From a virus, in UHGV virus genome UHGV-0206950: DNA of 42,472 bases; one strand, 5' to 3'. Position 1 is the first letter of the stretch; each line of letters starts with the position of its first letter. Under the pieces are notes generated by a model. The model searched no databases and was not told the DNA's origin. It saw only the letters and a list, made by a program, of their open reading frames with translations. The position numbers and the translations under genes were made by a program. Below are positions 8,740-17,772 of the stretch, piece by piece.

Positions 8740-9314
8740 TTAACCCATCAACGACAGGAAAAGGTGGTGAAATGCTGCGATTAAACACCCTCGAGTCAGT
8801 CTGGATTCAGGGTAAACTTCGTATGTGGGGCCGATGGTCATATATTGGATCCGGCTCAGGTGGTCACATGTTTAATAACCTTCTCGCGTCAAAAAAAGTC
8901 AGTAAAACGGCCATTCAGCAGGTGTTGAAGCACCTCAAATCATCAGGCCTGGATCACGGTGAACTGATGTCATATTTTCTGGACATGCTTTCCGGAAAAG
9001 AAAAAAGCAACCTGGCGTTCTGTACCGATGAAGAAGCGTTGACCATCAACGCTGTACTCAGCGGTGTCCTTGTGCAGTCAGGGCATAAGAAGTTATACGC
9101 TCTTATTGAAGATCGTTATATCAAGCGCCTTAGCAAAAAGGCGATGGCCAGAGACTTAAATGAAAAACATCCTGAATGGTGCTTGCGTACATGTGAGAGC
9201 CGGATCGATGTTTGGCTAAATTTTGCAGAATCGATGCTTTACGCGCCAATGTGTGACGCATTCGATAAAAAAGTTGATCGATTCCGGTTGCAAAGTTGCG
9301 CGGGGATTGCTTGA
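8736..9314 (+). CDS. late-gene antitermination protein Q-like
   Basis: position (last early gene before terminator-leader-lysis cassette), size 192 aa, ATGA coupling; family assignment by resemblance only. Confidence 0.5.
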   Translation: MINPSTTGKGGEMLRLNTLESVWIQGKLRMWGRWSYIGSGSGGHMFNNLLASKKVSKTAIQQVLKHLKSSGLDHGELMSYFLDMLSGKEKSNLAFCTDEEALTINAVLSGVLVQSGHKKLYALIEDRYIKRLSKKAMARDLNEKHPEWCLRTCESRIDVWLNFAESMLYAPMCDAFDKKVDRFRLQSCAGIA

Positions 9315-9364
9315 ATTCAGCTATGCTCGCGAAGCTACACCCGCAGCGATAGATAAAAATTAAT

Positions 9365-9394
9365 AACCCGCCATCCAAGCGGGTTTTGTCGTTT
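9365..9394 (+). terminator. rho-independent terminator (tR'-like) 50 nt after Q stop
   Basis: aacccgc-catccaa-gcgggtt followed by ttgtcgtttc. Confidence 0.65.
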
Positions 9395-9813
9395 CTGGAG
9401 GATAGAAAAATGAAATAGCTAAACGGAAAGACCGCGTTGGATGCCATATTTTGGCAACGTGACGACAGCGTTAATCTGGTCGGGCTCCCATGGCGACGTA
9501 GTGAGGGAGAGGAAGCTTAAAGCATCACTTAGTTACGGCTGGCGCCCGGTTTAACGCATCAGTAGCCCGACAAAGAGATAGTGCGCCGCGACACTCACAG
9601 CGGCAACGATTAACGAGCCTCGGTATTTACCGGGGCTTCATCATATTCAGGGCTCGCTGACGGACGGCTCATAACCCAATCCGACAGGCGCTTGCGCAGA
9701 GCCCGCCTCTATATCAGGCTCCGGGTTCCATCTTCGACATTGCCCCGTAGCATATACAGCCCGATAGCCTGATCCCTTACAACACACAGCGCCCCGATTG
9801 CGGAGGTGCGGAT

Positions 9814-10128
9814 ATGCAACGTATGAACCCAACCGATGGACATAACATGCCGTACTGGTGGTCAGGGCTGCTTGGTTTTTTTTCTGTTCTGAGTTTGCAA
9901 GATTATGTATTTATCCTTGGCGCTCTGATCTCGGCTTATTTCACCATTAAGACCTACTACGCGAAGCGGAAAGAAGAACGTGAACGGCTTGATGAAGAGA
10001 AAAAAAGAACGCAGTTATTGGCTAAGTACCTTGCTGATGTGGCCGTTAAACCAGGTCGAGATCGCCCAGCAGCGGCTGAGGTCGTGACAGAGGCAATGAA
10101 ACGCATCTCTGGAGAGGTAGCAAAATAA
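9814..10128 (+). CDS. holin, two-TMD (class II/pinholin-like)
   Basis: GGAGGTG SD; two hydrophobic segments (WWSGLLGFFSVLSL, YVFILGALISAYFTI) then charged C-terminus; immediately upstream of SAR endolysin. Confidence 0.6.
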   Translation: MQRMNPTDGHNMPYWWSGLLGFFSVLSLQDYVFILGALISAYFTIKTYYAKRKEERERLDEEKKRTQLLAKYLADVAVKPGRDRPAAAEVVTEAMKRISGEVAK

Positions 10129-10130
10129 CT

Positions 10131-10670
10131 ATGGCCTCGACAAAAACAAAATTAAGCGCTGCCGTTCTTGGGCTAGTGCTTGCCGGCGCGCCTGCGTCAG
10201 TAATTCTCGACCAGTTTCTTGATGAAAAAGAGGGTAACAGCCTGACGGCGTATCGCGACGGCGGCGGGATCTGGACGATTTGTCGTGGCGCCACGATGGT
10301 TGATGGCAAGCAGGTAGTGCAGGGCATGAAGCTGTCAGCTGAGAAATGCGTCCAGGTAAACGCCATTGAACGCGATAAAGCGCTGGCGTGGGTTGACCGA
10401 AATATCAAAGTACCACTGACCGAACCACAGAAAGCGGGTATCGCGTCATTTTGCCCATACAACATCGGCCCCGGAAAATGTTTCCCTTCCACGTTCTATA
10501 AGCGCATTAACGCTGGCGACCGTAAAGGAGCCTGTGAAGCTATTCGCTGGTGGATTAAAGACGGTGGCCGTGATTGTCGCCTGACGAAAGGCCAGAAAAA
10601 CGGCTGTTATGGACAGGTAGAACGACGAGACCAGGAAAGCGCGCTGGCGTGCTGGGGGATAGACCAGTGA
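10131..10670 (+). CDS. SAR endolysin (T4-lysozyme-like muramidase, GH24) with N-terminal signal-anchor-release domain
   Basis: catalytic E-8aa-D-5aa-T triad in DEKEGNSLTAYRDGGGIWTICRGAT; N-terminal Gly/Ala-rich weakly hydrophobic TMD LSAAVLGLVLAGAPASVIL. Confidence 0.8.
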   Translation: MASTKTKLSAAVLGLVLAGAPASVILDQFLDEKEGNSLTAYRDGGGIWTICRGATMVDGKQVVQGMKLSAEKCVQVNAIERDKALAWVDRNIKVPLTEPQKAGIASFCPYNIGPGKCFPSTFYKRINAGDRKGACEAIRWWIKDGGRDCRLTKGQKNGCYGQVERRDQESALACWGIDQ

Positions 10671-11197
10671 GGGCTTACTGGAAGCCGCTGGCAGAAATAC
10701 TGCTGGTGGCTTTTTTGTTATGCGCGGTCGCGTACTGGTGTTATTCACGCGGGTATCAGGAGGCGGACTCATCCTGGAAATTGCAGTGGGCACAACGTGA
10801 TCTTACTGATGCGACCATCACATTGCAGCGTGAAGTAACCGAAAGAGCAGAAGAGCAGCGCCGCCAGCGCGCCGTTGATGAGGAACGAGAGAAAGCCGAT
10901 GAAGAACTGGCAAAAGTACAGGCTGATGCTGACGCTGCTAAGCGTGCTCGCGGTGGGTTGCAACAGCAGCTCGCCGAAATACAACGGCAACTCGCAACAA
11001 GTGAAACTGGCAGAATTTCCGCAATTGCAGCAGCAAGCCAGGCAAAAGCCGAGGCCGGAATATTGCTCGCCCAGTTGCTTGGCGAAGCTGACGATCTGGC
11101 GGGAAAATTCGCAAAAGAGGCTGATGAGCGTTATGTCGCCGGCAGTACTTGCGAGCGAACCTACGACAAAGTAACGGGGAACGGCAATGGAAATTAA
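10667..11197 (+). CDS. i-spanin (Rz-like): N-terminal TMD plus coiled-coil periplasmic domain
   Basis: GTG start overlapping endolysin TGA (GTGA); TMD LAEILLVAFLLCAVAYWCY; long charged helical region; C-terminal Cys. Confidence 0.7.
   Translation: MRAYWKPLAEILLVAFLLCAVAYWCYSRGYQEADSSWKLQWAQRDLTDATITLQREVTERAEEQRRQRAVDEEREKADEELAKVQADADAAKRARGGLQQQLAEIQRQLATSETGRISAIAAASQAKAEAGILLAQLLGEADDLAGKFAKEADERYVAGSTCERTYDKVTGNGNGN
10899..11174 (+). CDS. o-spanin (Rz1-like lipoprotein) embedded in +1 frame of i-spanin gene
   Basis: MKNWQKYRLMLTLLSVLAVGC signal with lipobox Cys, Pro-rich mature part, fully nested inside Rz. Confidence 0.6.
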   Translation: MKNWQKYRLMLTLLSVLAVGCNSSSPKYNGNSQQVKLAEFPQLQQQARQKPRPEYCSPSCLAKLTIWRENSQKRLMSVMSPAVLASEPTTK

Positions 11198-11597
11198 GTT
11201 GATTAAATACTGGAAGGTTGAATTATTTGATGCTCCCAGATCCAACCCTGGGATCAGTGGAATAATTTGCCATGAAGAAAGGAGACCTTTTTTTACTGGA
11301 TACTCCAACTCTCAATTTGATCTGAGAAAAGCAGTTCTTGATGGGGAAAAATTTACCACCCTTTTTTGTGAGCCTGATTCACTGAAAACTCGCTCCGTCC
11401 GCATCAGTCGCGTTAATGAATTCAGATGCACCCCGATTTATGAGAGCGATAACACTTTTCAGGAGGCAGCCAAACCACTGATGAAATGGCTGGCTGAAAA
11501 TGTGCACCCACATCATCAAGCCATTGTGACCAGTTCACGTGCAGAGCTGCTGGAAAGTCAGATTGTGGATAAGACTGATGAATTTCTGAAGGGCTAA
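11187..11597 (+). CDS. hypothetical protein (136 aa), AT-rich moron between lysis and packaging modules
   Basis: marked drop in GC versus flanks; ORF with several Cys/His; no recognisable family. Confidence 0.4.
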   Translation: MEIKLIKYWKVELFDAPRSNPGISGIICHEERRPFFTGYSNSQFDLRKAVLDGEKFTTLFCEPDSLKTRSVRISRVNEFRCTPIYESDNTFQEAAKPLMKWLAENVHPHHQAIVTSSRAELLESQIVDKTDEFLKG

Positions 11598-11658
11598 GGC
11601 ATTACAGCAGGCATTCTATGAGTGTCTGCGATAATGACAAACAGGCAGGTGATCAGAT

Positions 11659-12630
11659 ATGGCAAAACCGGACTGGGGAGCACTGCAACACCAGTTCCTC
11701 GCCGAGCATGCTAAATCCGGTATTTCCCCCAAAGACTGGTGTGAAGCGCAGGGACTGAATTACACATCTGCCCGCCGCTACATAAAAAAACCGACTGCGC
11801 AAAATGCGCAACAATCTGCGCAGAAAAAAATGCGCACTGCGCAGGCAAGAAAAAGCGCAGAGAAACTTCTTGATAGTGAACTAACTCCCCAACAGAAACG
11901 CTTCGTTGCTGAATATCTCATAGACCAGAACGCGACAGCCGCAGCCGAGCGCGCTGGTTACAGTGACGCAAGTTATGGTAGGCAACTCCTAACAGTACCT
12001 CACGTTGCGCAGGCAATTGCGCAGCAGCAAAGAGATTCACTTGTGCGCACTTTGGCGAGTGCAGATGAAGTGCTCGAAAAGATGTGGCAGCTCGCTACGT
12101 TCGACGCTAACGAAATCTCGCAATATCGCCGGGGATGTTGCCGTTACTGCTGGGGCTTTGGTCATAACTACCAATGGCGTGATGTTATCGAGTTCGAAGA
12201 GAGGGGAGCGGAGGCAAAAGCCAAAAAAGGGAAAGATCCGGACGATGCTGGCGGATATGGCTACAACCACAACCGTGAGCCTAATCCTGATTGCCCTCGC
12301 TGCAATGGTGATGGAGTTGGCAGGCCGTATTTTTCTGACACAACCAAATTATCCTCAATAGCCCGCCTGGCATACTCCGGTACCAAGCTGGTGAAAGGTG
12401 GAATCGAGATATCGACCATCAGCCGCGAAAAAATGTTTGAAGCGATAATGCGGCGTCTGGGCCTGACTGAATCCGAACTGGCGCAACGGCTGCTGGATCT
12501 GGAAATCCGAAAACGCACCGCCGAAGCCGAACGTCTGGAACAGGAAGTTGAGCTTAAGCGTAAGGGCAAGGGCAAAGACGACGAGCCGACAGTGGTCATT
12601 AAACTGGTGAATTCCCCTGATGGCGACTGA
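11659..12630 (+). CDS. terminase small subunit (Terminase_2-type)
   Basis: LTPQQKRFVAEYLIDQNATAAAERAGYS motif typical of this family; position before large subunit. Confidence 0.7.
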   Translation: MAKPDWGALQHQFLAEHAKSGISPKDWCEAQGLNYTSARRYIKKPTAQNAQQSAQKKMRTAQARKSAEKLLDSELTPQQKRFVAEYLIDQNATAAAERAGYSDASYGRQLLTVPHVAQAIAQQQRDSLVRTLASADEVLEKMWQLATFDANEISQYRRGCCRYCWGFGHNYQWRDVIEFEERGAEAKAKKGKDPDDAGGYGYNHNREPNPDCPRCNGDGVGRPYFSDTTKLSSIARLAYSGTKLVKGGIEISTISREKMFEAIMRRLGLTESELAQRLLDLEIRKRTAEAERLEQEVELKRKGKGKDDEPTVVIKLVNSPDGD

Positions 12631-13891
12631 ACATGTTATTGAGTTCCTGCCGTTCCATGCAGGGCAAAAGAAAATTTATCGCTCACCTGCAAAACGAAAA
12701 GTTATCCGTGCCGGACGTCGTTACGGCAAGACAACGATGTTGGAACAGGCTGGAGGGAACTGGGCAGCACGACAGATGCGTGTAGGCTGGTTTGCACCGT
12801 CTTATAAAATTCTGCTGCCGTCGTTTAAAGCTATACGGGACCTGTTAAAGCCAATCACGGTTAGTTCCAGTAAGACCGATGCGATTATCGAAACCATTGG
12901 TGGGGGGCAGGTCGAGTTCTGGACGCTGGATAACCCTGATGCTGGTCGATCCCGTAAATATCACAAAGTCATCATCGATGAAGGCAGCCTGGTAAAAAAG
13001 GGCATGCGTGATATCTGGGAACAGGCAATAGAGCCGACGTTGCTCGACTTTGACGGCGATGCAGTCATGGCCGGTACGCCGAAAGGCGTTGATGACGAGA
13101 ATTTTTTCTATCAGGCCTGTAACGATAAATCGATGGGCTGGGAGGAACATCACGCACCGACCGCTGCCAACCCGACTATTAATCCGGCTGCGCTGGCGCG
13201 AATTATTGATGGTCGCCCGCCGCTGGTGGTTCAGCAGGAATATAACGCTGAATTTGTGGACTGGCGCGGGCAGAACTTTTTCAAACTCGACTGGATTCTG
13301 GAAGATGGCGCGCCGGTCGACTACCCGTTTTCCTGCGATACGGTTTATGGCGTTGTTGACTGTGCGCAGAAGGGGAAGCTCCAGAACGATGGCTCCGCAT
13401 GCATCTGGTTTGCGCTGGATAACCTGCCATCGCCACACCTCGTTATTCTGGACTGGGACATTATCCAAATTGACGGATATTTCCTGAAAGACATTGTTCC
13501 TCAGTGGGAAGGAAAGGCCAAACAGCTTAGCGAAATATGCCGCGCGCGTATGGGGACTACAGGACTGTTCATTGAGGACAAGGCAACCGGAATCACCCTG
13601 TTACAGCAGGGCGCTAATGAGGGGTGGAACGTACACCCTATTGACAGTGATTTAACGTCACTTCCTAAAGAGTCTCGCGCCATCAACATTTCTGGTTATG
13701 TGGCGTCCGGGAAAGTACGCATTTCTAAATACGCCTTTGACAAAATCGTTGAGTACAAGCAATCGAAGAAAAATCATCTTCTGACGCAGGTGCTCAAGTT
13801 CATCATCGGTGAAGAAGACCAGGACGACGATCTGTTTGACTGCTTTAACTACGGCGTCGCGCTTGGCCTTGGTAACGGAGAGGGGTTCTGA
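12620..13891 (+). CDS. terminase large subunit
   Basis: Walker A AGRRYGKTT; overlaps terS end and portal start (TGATG). Confidence 0.75.
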   Translation: MATEHVIEFLPFHAGQKKIYRSPAKRKVIRAGRRYGKTTMLEQAGGNWAARQMRVGWFAPSYKILLPSFKAIRDLLKPITVSSSKTDAIIETIGGGQVEFWTLDNPDAGRSRKYHKVIIDEGSLVKKGMRDIWEQAIEPTLLDFDGDAVMAGTPKGVDDENFFYQACNDKSMGWEEHHAPTAANPTINPAALARIIDGRPPLVVQQEYNAEFVDWRGQNFFKLDWILEDGAPVDYPFSCDTVYGVVDCAQKGKLQNDGSACIWFALDNLPSPHLVILDWDIIQIDGYFLKDIVPQWEGKAKQLSEICRARMGTTGLFIEDKATGITLLQQGANEGWNVHPIDSDLTSLPKESRAINISGYVASGKVRISKYAFDKIVEYKQSKKNHLLTQVLKFIIGEEDQDDDLFDCFNYGVALGLGNGEGF

Positions 13892-15330
13892 TGCAGGACG
13901 ACGACGATATTTGCATGGGCAGCAATGCTGGCGTCCTCAGTAAGATTCTGGAGGGCGGAAGCATTGAACCCGGCGCGCAGGCAGGGTACGAGCTCTGCAA
14001 GCTGATTTATTTGTTTCACCCGCTGGGCGGAAAGATGGTAGATCGCCCTATAAAACTGGCGATGTCAGAACCACGAACTGTACATGTTACTCGTGGACCT
14101 GAAAGACGCCTGCGTGAAGCTTTCGAGCGCGAGTGGAAAGCGATTAAAGCCGATCGCATCATTGCCAACACTGCGCGCCAGTCAAGAATTTACGGTGTAG
14201 GCGCTGTGGTGATGCTCATTGACGGCGAGCCTACGAACGAAGCCGCTGGGTTTGACACACTGTATAAAAAATCCATCACCTTCAACGTGCTGGATCCGAT
14301 GAATACAGCCGGTTCTGTGGTGCTCAATCAGGACCCTAATTCTGCTGATTTCCAGAAGGTGGGAAGCGTGACTGCGGCGGGGCAACCTTACCATCATAGC
14401 CGCTGCTGCGTGATGATGAACGAGGATCCTATTTATCTGGCCTACACTTCGTCGTCCTTCGGTTTTGCCGGGCGCAGCGTTTATCAGCGTGCGCTTTATC
14501 CGCTGAAATCATTCATTCAGTCGATGCGCGCTGATGACATGGTAACGATTAAAGCCGGGCTGCTGGTGGCGTTTATCAAGCAGGCCAGTTCTATCGTCAA
14601 CAATATGATGCAGAAAATGTCCGGCATTAAGCGCTGGATGTTGAAGCGAGGCGGAAACGGCGATGTGTTACAGGTCGGTGAGAATGACAAAATTGAATCG
14701 CTCGATATGCAGAACCTCGAAAAGCCGCTGGATACTGCCCGCAATCACATTCTGGCAAATATCGCTACGGCGGCGGACATGCCCGCCATTCTGCTTAACA
14801 GCGAAACATTCACACGCGGATTTGGCGAAGGTACCGAGGATGCAAAAGCGGTAGCGCAATATATCGATGACGTTCGCAAAGACCTTGAGCCGCTTTACGA
14901 TTTCTTTGTGCGCATCGTGCAATACCGCGCCTGGTCTCGCGAATTTTTTGAGGCATTGAAAAACGACATGCCAGAGTACGAAAAAATCACCTGGGAGGCG
15001 GCATTCAATTCCTGGGTGAACAATTTCGACTACGTCTGGCCGTCAGCGTTGAAAGAGCCTGAAAGCGAAAAGGTCAAAGTTGACGAAACCCGCTTTAAGG
15101 CGATTACTGAGATGCTGAACGTGCTGCTGCCTCAGCTCACTAAAGACCCGCAAAACAGGGCAACGCTCATCAAATGGGGCTGTGAAAACGCCAACATGAA
15201 CGAAAATCTGTTTGCTGATCGGCTTGAGCTGGATTACGAACTGCTGGAGCAATGCCCTCCGGACCCTCCTCCAACAGGCAACGATAACGAGGATAACTAC
15301 GATGGCCTCATTCGTGAAAGAGCTGCGTGA
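13891..15330 (+). CDS. portal protein
   Basis: 479 aa, gene order terL-portal-head morphogenesis; acidic C-terminus. Confidence 0.55.
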   Translation: MQDDDDICMGSNAGVLSKILEGGSIEPGAQAGYELCKLIYLFHPLGGKMVDRPIKLAMSEPRTVHVTRGPERRLREAFEREWKAIKADRIIANTARQSRIYGVGAVVMLIDGEPTNEAAGFDTLYKKSITFNVLDPMNTAGSVVLNQDPNSADFQKVGSVTAAGQPYHHSRCCVMMNEDPIYLAYTSSSFGFAGRSVYQRALYPLKSFIQSMRADDMVTIKAGLLVAFIKQASSIVNNMMQKMSGIKRWMLKRGGNGDVLQVGENDKIESLDMQNLEKPLDTARNHILANIATAADMPAILLNSETFTRGFGEGTEDAKAVAQYIDDVRKDLEPLYDFFVRIVQYRAWSREFFEALKNDMPEYEKITWEAAFNSWVNNFDYVWPSALKEPESEKVKVDETRFKAITEMLNVLLPQLTKDPQNRATLIKWGCENANMNENLFADRLELDYELLEQCPPDPPPTGNDNEDNYDGLIRERAA

Positions 15331-16177
15331 CGCCATTAAACATTTTCTGGAATACGGTTACAGCAGCGAAGAAAGCCTGATCATGTGGACTGAGCGCCTG
15401 CGCAATGCCACGGAAAACAAAGTTGATGGAAATGACCTATACCGATACGTCAGCCGCCGGCTAACTGCAGCCTATGACCTGGAGATTGGACGGGAAAAAG
15501 CGCTGAAACGCCATATAGGTGTGAGTCGCTTCACTCTGAATTACCTTGAACCGAAACTTCGTGCTGAGCTGGACCGCCGGATCATGGCATCCGCCGATCT
15601 GATAAAACTCAACCGTACGCAGGCCATCGATAAAACCATTCAGCGCTTCAGCGGGTGGGCAACCAGTATCCCGCCGATAAGCGAAATGAGCGCCGGCCTG
15701 TCGGCTTCTTCCCGAACCGGGGTAATTGCTACCAGTCAGCACATCGCAAAATCCGCCCGTCAGATTGATTTCGAGCAGCGTCGGGTGATGGTCGATCAGA
15801 CGCATAAGCTTATCGCCAACATAGATAACATCATTGCCACTGAGGGTGGGGCAATTGCTGCTGTCTGGCACAGCCACTGGCGACAACCAAATTATGATTT
15901 TCGTGAACCTCATAAGGAACGAGATTTGCTGGTGTACGCCATTCGTGGCAACTGGGCGATAAAAAAGGGATTTATGAAGGTTGGTCCGGCGGGCTATCTC
16001 GATGAAATCACGCAACCGGGCGAAGAAGTCTTTTGTCGTTGCTACCTGACGTACATCTATAACGTCCGAAGCCTGCCTGATGAAATGAAAACCGAAAAAT
16101 GGCGGAAATTCATTGAAGGCAACAAATCAGTCGGTCGTCGTTCTGCAAACTTCGAGACCATAAAAAACGGAGGATAA
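15302..16177 (+). CDS. head morphogenesis / minor head protein, Mu F / SPP1 gp7-like (291 aa)
   Basis: position after portal; C-terminal conserved block with FCRCYLTY resembling the Mu-F-domain CRC motif (from memory). Confidence 0.45.
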   Translation: MASFVKELRDAIKHFLEYGYSSEESLIMWTERLRNATENKVDGNDLYRYVSRRLTAAYDLEIGREKALKRHIGVSRFTLNYLEPKLRAELDRRIMASADLIKLNRTQAIDKTIQRFSGWATSIPPISEMSAGLSASSRTGVIATSQHIAKSARQIDFEQRRVMVDQTHKLIANIDNIIATEGGAIAAVWHSHWRQPNYDFREPHKERDLLVYAIRGNWAIKKGFMKVGPAGYLDEITQPGEEVFCRCYLTYIYNVRSLPDEMKTEKWRKFIEGNKSVGRRSANFETIKNGG

Positions 16178-17752
16178 GTGAAAACCTACGCTGCCGGGAT
16201 CCTGTTTAAGTCTGGCGGGAAAATATTTCTGGTTAAGCGTGGGGATGATGGTTCGTGGGCGGTACCGGGCGGAAAACTCGAAGAGGGGGAAACGCCGGAA
16301 TTCGCGGCAAGGCGTGAAGTTCTGGAGGAGTGCGGGGTTGATTATTCCGCACCGCTGACGCCTCATACCCTGATTGATGGCTATGTTACTTACCTTGCTG
16401 ATGATGCTGAGCAATTCGACGCGGTTTTGAACGATGAAAATCAGGCCTGTGGCTGGTTTTCTCCAGATGAACTTCCCGATCCGCTACACCCAGGTATGGT
16501 GGCGATGCTTGATGCCGAACCACTCAATGAAATGGATGTTGCCGGGCTTATTGCTGACGGGCAACTCACATCCCCGCAATTTTTCAGAAATATGTACCTG
16601 TGGGCGCTGCGTATCACCGGAACGGGTGTTACATGGCGATCCAAATTCAGGCAATACGCCTACCGCTCCCCTGAAAATTACCTGACGGATGAATTTCTCG
16701 CCCGGTGTTCTGGCTTGCCCGTTATCTGGTGGCATCCAGAAAAAAACACGCTGAATAGTGAAGAATTCGCCTCAAGGACGATCGGGACGATTACGTTTGC
16801 CTGGATCAAAGGTGATGAGGTGTGGGGAATGGCCCGCATTTATGACACCGACGCCGCCGCGAATCTTTCAACGCGGCAACTCAGTACATCCCCCACGGTG
16901 ACGGGCGGCGATGACGTTCTGATCGACGTCGATGGCGAACCGCTACTGCTGGAAGGAACTCCGGTTTTACTGGATCACCTGGCCATTTGTGAGCAGGGCG
17001 TCTGGGACAAGCTAGGGGATCCGACGGGAGTTAAATCCGACACACTTTTGAACGAGGTCCAGAAAATGGATGAAGAAAAAGTATTAGCACTCATTAACCA
17101 GGCGCTGGACGCTCGCGAAGCCCGCGCAAAGGCCGATGCTGAGGAAAAAGCGAAAGCAGATGCCGAAGCAGCAGAAAAGGCGAAAGCTGATGAAGATGCT
17201 GCCCGTCTCAAGGAAGAGGAAGAAAAAACGAAAGCTGACGCTGATGCGAAAGCCAAGGCAGATGCAGAAGCCGAAGAAAAGGCGAAAGCTGATGCTGAAC
17301 TGGAAAAAATCCGGGCGGACATGGAAGAAATGAAAAGCCGTGTACCTCAGGAACTCAGCGACGAAGAACGTAACGAAATCGCTGATACCCAGTGCAAAGC
17401 GGACAGTGTATTTGCTTCTTTCGGAGAGCGAGCACCGCAACCAATGGCGGGTGAACGTGCGATGCCATATCGCCGCCGCATCATGACACGCCTGCAAAAA
17501 TATTCTCCTGATTATAAAGAAGTGGATCTGCATGCCATTGCAGACAGTCAACTCCTGAGCATTGCGGAGAAAAAAATCTATGCCGATGCGCAGGCATCAG
17601 CGGCCTCCAGTCTGGAACCCGGCGCAGGGTTGCGTGAAGTCATTCGCACCGACGCCACCGGGCGCCGTATCAGCACCTTTATCGGTGACCCGTCTGCGAC
17701 GTGGGCTCCGTTCCAGGCAGTCAGCCGTAAGCTCGCTGGCATCAACCAGTAA
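16178..17752 (+). CDS. fusion protein: N-terminal NUDIX hydrolase domain (about 110 aa) + head scaffolding-like domain with A/K/E/D-rich coiled-coil repeats
   Basis: canonical Nudix box [24 protein letters not shown] (Gx5Ex7REUxEExGU); GTG start after GGAGG; central [65 protein letters not shown] repeats typical of scaffold proteins. Confidence 0.6.
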   Translation: MKTYAAGILFKSGGKIFLVKRGDDGSWAVPGGKLEEGETPEFAARREVLEECGVDYSAPLTPHTLIDGYVTYLADDAEQFDAVLNDENQACGWFSPDELPDPLHPGMVAMLDAEPLNEMDVAGLIADGQLTSPQFFRNMYLWALRITGTGVTWRSKFRQYAYRSPENYLTDEFLARCSGLPVIWWHPEKNTLNSEEFASRTIGTITFAWIKGDEVWGMARIYDTDAAANLSTRQLSTSPTVTGGDDVLIDVDGEPLLLEGTPVLLDHLAICEQGVWDKLGDPTGVKSDTLLNEVQKMDEEKVLALINQALDAREARAKADAEEKAKADAEAAEKAKADEDAARLKEEEEKTKADADAKAKADAEAEEKAKADAELEKIRADMEEMKSRVPQELSDEERNEIADTQCKADSVFASFGERAPQPMAGERAMPYRRRIMTRLQKYSPDYKEVDLHAIADSQLLSIAEKKIYADAQASAASSLEPGAGLREVIRTDATGRRISTFIGDPSATWAPFQAVSRKLAGINQ

Positions 17753-17772
17753 TCAACCGGAGAACAATAAAC

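Noticed and set aside
9286-9330. Late promoter PR' (TTGCAA-17-TTGAAT) inside the 3' end of Q
   Set aside because: The hexamers are weak, and without a recognisable qut element the assignment is too speculative to list as a feature.
16975-17551. Antisense or alternate-frame ORFs in the scaffold repeat region (16975-17322 -, 17084-17551 -, 17136-17333 +)
   Set aside because: They are low-complexity translations (SASAFAF..., KKRKQ...) of the GAAGC-rich coding repeats of the scaffold gene.
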